Shown piece after piece: positions 59,200-64,000 of a stretch of DNA of 64,000 nt. The stretch comes from Candidatus Latescibacterota bacterium (lineage in GTDB: Bacteria > Latescibacterota > UBA2968 > GCA-2709665), in the NCBI GenBank assembly GCA_965226795.1, contig CBDDDZ010000002.1, positions 320,001 to 384,000 on the forward strand, given 5' to 3'. The translations under genes and the position numbers were made by a program. The first letter of the stretch is position 1. Each line of letters begins with the position of its first letter. The notes below the pieces were generated by a model. It was not told the DNA's origin. It ran no database searches and saw only the letters and a program-made list of their open reading frames with translations.

Positions 59200-59476
59200 A
59201 AAAGGAATGGATGGGTCAATTCCGAAGATCCCTGCAAAAAGGGCGTCCGCGAATTGTCGAGTTTGCTGGGTTGGATGGCGAATCCTCGTGCGGGATTGGC
59301 GGTCTGATTAACGATCGCCGCATCAGCGACGTAATGGGGAAGAATCCGGAGCTTGCGCCGTTCAAGCGTCGGATCCCCTCATCTCGCGTAGGGGCAACCC
59401 TTGTGGTTGCCCTGGGTTTCGTGGCGGTGCCTGGCGATTGAGCCGATATTCGCGAACAATTAATCGAGATATTAAC

Positions 59477-60022
59477 ATGCTGCCGGAAGTAATCGAAACT
59501 GGACGATTGAAACTCAGGCTTCACAGCCTCGAGGATGTAGAGGATGTCCTGGCGTACGCATCCGATCCGGATTGGGCGCGATACCTTCCGGTTCCTCAGC
59601 CGTACACGAGAGCGCACGCCGAGAATTTCCTGGCGGGACTACTGTTGCAAGATCGCAAGAAACGCGCGTCGTGGGCGATTGAACACGCCGGATCCGCTAT
59701 CGGCGGAATCAATATCCGGTTTGACTTTGAGAATCACGTCGGCACATTAGGTTATAGCGTTGCCAGGCGCCATTGGGGAAAGGGGTTGGCCACGGAAGCC
59801 GTTGGCGCCGTTATCGACGGGTCGTTTTCCACCTATCCCGTTTTGAACCGCATTCAAGCTTCTGCCGATGAGAGAAATGCAGGTTCTCTGCGGGTCATGG
59901 AGAAGCTCGGAATGGTCCGTGAAGGCGTGCTGCGCCAGGATCAATACCTCAGAGGAGAATTCAGAAATACTGTCTGGTGCGGGTTGTTGCGTCGTGAATG
60001 GGAAGTTCGCAAGAATAGGTGA
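59477..60022 (+). CDS. RimJ/RimL family GNAT acetyltransferase
   Basis: IETGRLKLR, LGY, HWGKGLATEA, NAGSLRVMEKLGM..EG. Confidence 0.92.
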   Translation: MLPEVIETGRLKLRLHSLEDVEDVLAYASDPDWARYLPVPQPYTRAHAENFLAGLLLQDRKKRASWAIEHAGSAIGGINIRFDFENHVGTLGYSVARRHWGKGLATEAVGAVIDGSFSTYPVLNRIQASADERNAGSLRVMEKLGMVREGVLRQDQYLRGEFRNTVWCGLLRREWEVRKNR

Positions 60023-60155
60023 ATGAGACGATGCGAATCAGTCTGACGAAGCAGCCAGAGGGTAATGTATCCTGATCACTGTAGCACGAATGAAATGAAC
60101 CATCCTTGATGTTTTTTTTACTTGGATTTCGTAACATATTTGTTAACTTTTCTGA

Positions 60156-60509
60156 ATGAGAGAGATCGTCTTTTATCGCACCGTATCAGGACGTTGTCCT
60201 GTCGAACAGTTCCTGGATTCTCTCAATGCGAAACAAAGTGCTAAAGCCACCTGGACGTTGGGACTCATTGAGGAATTGGAGTTCGTTCCCCAACAGTACT
60301 TCAAGAAATTGGTCGATACGGACGACATCTGGGAGGTCCGCGTCACCGCTGGAGGTGATGCGTTAAGACTGCTGTCCTTTTTCGACGGTCCAGAGTTGGT
60401 GGTTCTCAGCCATGCCTTTTCCAAGAAGACACAAACGACTCGAAGATCTGACATCCATCTGACAGAACAGAGAAAAATAGATTATTTCGGGAGGAAACGC
60501 CATGAGTGA
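60156..60509 (+). CDS. RelE/ParE superfamily toxin (Gp49/DUF891-like)
   Basis: FYRT.SGRCPV..FL, KKL....IWEVRV, HAFSKKTQ. Confidence 0.9.
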   Translation: MREIVFYRTVSGRCPVEQFLDSLNAKQSAKATWTLGLIEELEFVPQQYFKKLVDTDDIWEVRVTAGGDALRLLSFFDGPELVVLSHAFSKKTQTTRRSDIHLTEQRKIDYFGRKRHE

Positions 60510-60777
60510 TCTAAAGAAATACGTTGAAAAACGCAAAGCAAGAGACCCCGAATTTGCCGAGAATTACGAAAGCGGTTATCTGGAATTCAAAATCGGTGTC
60601 TTACTCCGTGAAGCCCGAAAAGAGGCCGGTCTGACCCAGGAGGAGGTGGCGAGGAAGTTGAATACCAAGAGGTCGGCGATTTCAAGAATGGAAAACCATG
60701 CACAGGACATCAGACTGTCGACCCTGGGAAAGTATGCAAAGGCGATCGGTAGGAAATTGCACTTTTCTGTGGGATAG
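60502..60777 (+). CDS. XRE-HTH antitoxin
   Basis: REARKEAGLTQEEVA..LNTKRSAISRMEN..IRLSTL. Confidence 0.92.
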   Translation: MSDLKKYVEKRKARDPEFAENYESGYLEFKIGVLLREARKEAGLTQEEVARKLNTKRSAISRMENHAQDIRLSTLGKYAKAIGRKLHFSVG

Positions 60778-60821
60778 GAACGACATACTCTGCGCAACCT
60801 TAACCCGGCCCCCGAGTCGCT

Positions 60822-60840
60822 CCCTGAGCTTGTCGAAGGG
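60822..60840. repeat. CTGAGC..GTCGAAG-type short repeat
   Basis: CCCTGAGCTTGTCGAAGGG; inverse copies at 7012-7024 and 7052-7066. Confidence 0.65.
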
Positions 60841-60883
60841 TCGCCGAAGCGGCTCCGAAAAACGCCAGAGAGGACGCTAATCT

Positions 60884-61612
60884 ATGACTGAACCGGTGGA
60901 CAAAACGCTTGCAGGCAAAGGAGCGGTTGTCACGGGCGCAGGGCGCGGCATCGGTCGGGCCATCGCGCTGGGTTACGCCCGGGCGGGCGCATCGATCTGT
61001 TGCGCGGCGAGAACCGAGACCGAAATCCAGGATACCGTGCGGGAGATTCGAGGGGAGGGTGGAACCGCGGTTGCGTTCCAGGCGGACGTAAGGCAACGGC
61101 AGGCGGTTGGGGCGCTTTTCGATTTTGCGGCGGCGGAGTTCGCCGGAATTGACATTGCAGTCCTCAATGCGGGCGTGAATCTCGATCACGGCGCCGTTGA
61201 GGGCAGCGATCCGGCGGCCTGGGAGGAAACCATACGCACCAATCTGCTTGGCGCATACTATTGCGCCAGGGCGGCGATTCCGGGCATGAAGAGGCGTGGC
61301 GGCGGCAAGATCGTCACCATAGGTTCCGGCATGGGCCACAGGGGATTCTCGGAGAGTTCGGCCTATTGTTGTTCAAAGGCCGGCCTATGGATGTTGACGC
61401 GTGTTCTCGCGCAGGAACTCTGGCCGCACAACATCAGCGTAAACGAACTCATCCCCGGGCCGGTACGGACCGAAATGGACGCGGTACTCGACATCGAGAG
61501 CGAATGGATGAAGTCTCCTGAAGACGTCGTACCCATGGCGCTTTTTCTGGCGACGCAACCCGATATCGGGCCCACCGCACAGAGTTATAGCCTTATGCGG
61601 CGGGATACATGA
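60884..61612 (+). CDS. SDR family oxidoreductase
   Basis: TGAGRGIG, LNAG, YCCSK, VNELIPG. Confidence 0.92.
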   Translation: MTEPVDKTLAGKGAVVTGAGRGIGRAIALGYARAGASICCAARTETEIQDTVREIRGEGGTAVAFQADVRQRQAVGALFDFAAAEFAGIDIAVLNAGVNLDHGAVEGSDPAAWEETIRTNLLGAYYCARAAIPGMKRRGGGKIVTIGSGMGHRGFSESSAYCCSKAGLWMLTRVLAQELWPHNISVNELIPGPVRTEMDAVLDIESEWMKSPEDVVPMALFLATQPDIGPTAQSYSLMRRDT

Positions 61613-61700
61613 AACGGGATCAAACAGAATCGTCAAACACGCTTCACGGATGCTCGCCACCTGACAAGTCAGTTCGGACATCTCGCGGAGACAACACCGG

Positions 61701-62413
61701 ATGGTAGCAGAGCTTGCCAGCATGCGGGATCTCAGGGCTTTGTCACACGATAAGCCGGAAGTATCACTTGTACAGATTGATACGCTCCTCGAGAAACACG
61801 GCTTCAATTTGTCCCGGACAATTCAGCGCCTTGATGGCAATTTCACAAACCAGATTCTACGTGTGGAGACCCGCTCCAACGGTCGCGTATTTCTCAAGAT
61901 GCAATTCCGACGAACCCGCGGCTTCAGTCTGAAGGCCGAGTTCATCGCCACACGTGCGCTGCAAACCGCCGCCGATGTTCCCGTGTCTGAGTCCCTGGTG
62001 TACGACGGCGGCGGGGAACCGCTTCCGTTTGAATGTCTGTTGATCCCGCGCCCGACGTGAGGATACGCGGCGGCAGCGTCTTTCTGTGGGGGGAACCGGG
62101 ACTCCACAGCGTACTCGTGGAGAACGGCAACTCCCTTCGAATCTCCAACGTACATGACTTCCAATCGGCTGGCTGCGGAACGGCGGTACACGACCTGCGG
62201 CAAGTGGAAGGCGAATCCGTGGCCAGACCCGGTTCGAAGCACTTCGAACCGGGTTACGTGGATGCCTTTCGATCTTCCTACGTGGCCGTGACTGGCGAAC
62301 CTCCCACTCAGTTGTCGGCCGCCGAGGAAAAGCTGCTGGCAATTGTCAAGAATCTCGGCTTTATAAGGTTTTTCTGGGATTTGCGGTCGTCTTCTCCACC
62401 CCAGGACGCCTGA
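61701..62413 (+). pseudogene. Aminoglycoside phosphotransferase/choline kinase-like gene with internal deletion and frameshift
   Basis: N-lobe G.FTN.I..V..VFLK..E..A; second fragment ISNVHDFQSAG.G...DL in another frame, junction near 62055. Confidence 0.55.
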
Positions 62414-62852
62414 GTTCCTGGGTGCCGCGGTTTCCGATCTCGACAGCCTGAATGGCGCGGAATCGGGCGGCTAGATCAGCTCGGGATTCCTCGCGATCCT
62501 GCGAAAGGCGGGTCAATCCGCATCCTTCCGGTTGCACGCTCCGCTGGTTGCGGCGTTCAATTCCACAGCGGGACCCGCAACAACGCGCCGAGTCGAACTG
62601 CATCCGTATTCCACTTGACTTCACGGGCGTTCGATGATACTTTGTTTATCATAGGCTCCTTTCGTATGAGGATACAGTTTTCTTCCACGAGTTAACCGTA
62701 TCCAATTTAGATCGGAGCCTTTTCTATTTCAACTAAGATGGGCACAATCCCGGATTGTTGCTGCATTTCAATTCTTGCATAAACGGGGCAAGATTTGACT
62801 CTTGGATACAAATCCCAATCAGAAGGCCGCATCGCCAGAAGGAGGATCCGGA

Positions 62853-63578
62853 ATGGAACGTTTCGACACATACGACCCCTTTGCCGGCATCTACAACAGG
62901 CATTGGGGTTATTTTGCAGAGAAAATATACCCGATTCTCGACCATCTGGTCCTGCGGCATCTCCCGCCGGGCTGCGCCGTTCTCGATCTTTGCTGCGGTA
63001 CCGGACAGCTTGCCGCTGTGCTTACCGATAAGGGATTCGCCACCACGGGCGTGGATGGGTCCGAGGGGATGATTGAGATTGCGAGGAGAAACGCGCCGGA
63101 CGTGGCGTTCTTCACGCAGGACGCCCGGAACATCTCCCTGAACCGTCAATTTTCGGCGGTGTTCTCAACCTTCGACAGCCTCAACCACGTGATGAGCCTG
63201 GACGAACTGGAGCAGGTTTTTCGAAACGTGCACGCCGTCCTGGAAGACGGCGGCTACTTCGAATTCGACCTCAACATGGAAGAGGCCTACCTGAAGCGAT
63301 GGCGCGGCAGTTTTGGAATTGTGGAGGATGATCACGTATGTGTGGCACGATCGTCGAGGGATGAGAAAGAGATGATCGGAAGGATGGACCTGACCGTGTT
63401 CGAGTCGATCAGAACAGGCTGGAAGCGGACCGACGTTTCTCTTTTGCAGCGATGGTACCGGGAATGCGATATCAGTGAGCGGCTCCGGAGCGCTGGATTC
63501 GAGCAGCTGCAGACGTTCGATGGGAAGGATGCACCGGATTACTCGGGCAGGATGTTTTTTGTGGCGAGAAAGCCGTAG
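62853..63578 (+). CDS. Class I SAM-dependent methyltransferase
   Basis: YDPFA.IY, VLDLCCGTG, GVDGS, FDSLNH, FDLN; GGAGG RBS. Confidence 0.92.
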   Translation: MERFDTYDPFAGIYNRHWGYFAEKIYPILDHLVLRHLPPGCAVLDLCCGTGQLAAVLTDKGFATTGVDGSEGMIEIARRNAPDVAFFTQDARNISLNRQFSAVFSTFDSLNHVMSLDELEQVFRNVHAVLEDGGYFEFDLNMEEAYLKRWRGSFGIVEDDHVCVARSSRDEKEMIGRMDLTVFESIRTGWKRTDVSLLQRWYRECDISERLRSAGFEQLQTFDGKDAPDYSGRMFFVARKP

Positions 63579-63646
63579 GACCCGATTCTGGAGGGTGCAC
63601 CGGATTGCTCGGGCAGGATGTTTTTTGTGGCGAGAAAGCCGTAGGA
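63530..63646 (+). repeat. Direct duplication of the methyltransferase 3' end
   Basis: 51 bp at 63530-63580 repeated at 63596-63646 with one mismatch. Confidence 0.9.
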
Positions 63647-64000
63647 TCGACCGTCAGTGAGGGTGAGCGTTTCCCGAGACATGACGTCAGAAGTTTGATC
63701 GCACAGAGGAGACTCTTCATGAAACGCTCAGTTGAGATCTCGGAATTTCCTGTATAGACGTTATGTGCCATGCGCTCTGAGATCGCGCCGAACATGGATC
63801 TTCGCCAAACTCTGCGAAAGAAACGGATCCGGAGAAAAAGCTCCTTGAGGAAGTTGTAAAATTCAAGAGCGGAAAAATGAGCATACAGGAATTCGGATTG
63901 TTGTCATTTCCGTGGGCGCCTGATGAAAAAATCCAGCTGAGGCTCCGCTCCGAAGCGCCAGAAAGCGAAGCAAGTGGTCTCCATCCCTGTGCGCCAGGGA

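Noticed and set aside
63530..63646. Direct repeat as DGR TR/VR or mini-CRISPR
   Set aside because: Only two copies with a single mismatch, a 15-bp spacer, coding-derived sequence, and no cas or DGR RT

Overview
GC-rich bacterial chromosomal window. The gene repertoire (heparinase II/III-like lyases, PhyH remnant, CocE/S9/M24 hydrolases, TPR-like secreted repeat protein) suggests, by inference only, a heterotroph of the Latescibacterota/Poribacteria/Gemmatimonadota type. The left two thirds hold catabolic clusters and housekeeping genes (icd end, ilvC, csp, cutA, glyA, pyrB, sppA). The right third is an accessory tract of small, mostly co-oriented genes with four toxin-first TA modules, a decayed group II intron and IS remnants. 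No rRNA, tRNA or CRISPR array was seen. Main observations: (1) pyrB encodes a plant-chloroplast-type ATCase behind an unannotated pyrL-like attenuator (promoter, 24-codon pyrimidine-rich leader ORF, terminator) and is followed by a tiny zinc-ribbon ORF; (2) ilvC is also plant-type; (3) the divergent glyA has a structured leader with an internal terminator, a candidate riboswitch; (4) a 96-bp MITE family occurs three times, one copy swollen to about 870 bp by nested REP-like repeats; (5) many gene relics, several ending at short repeats. All family assignments come from motif recognition, not database searches.
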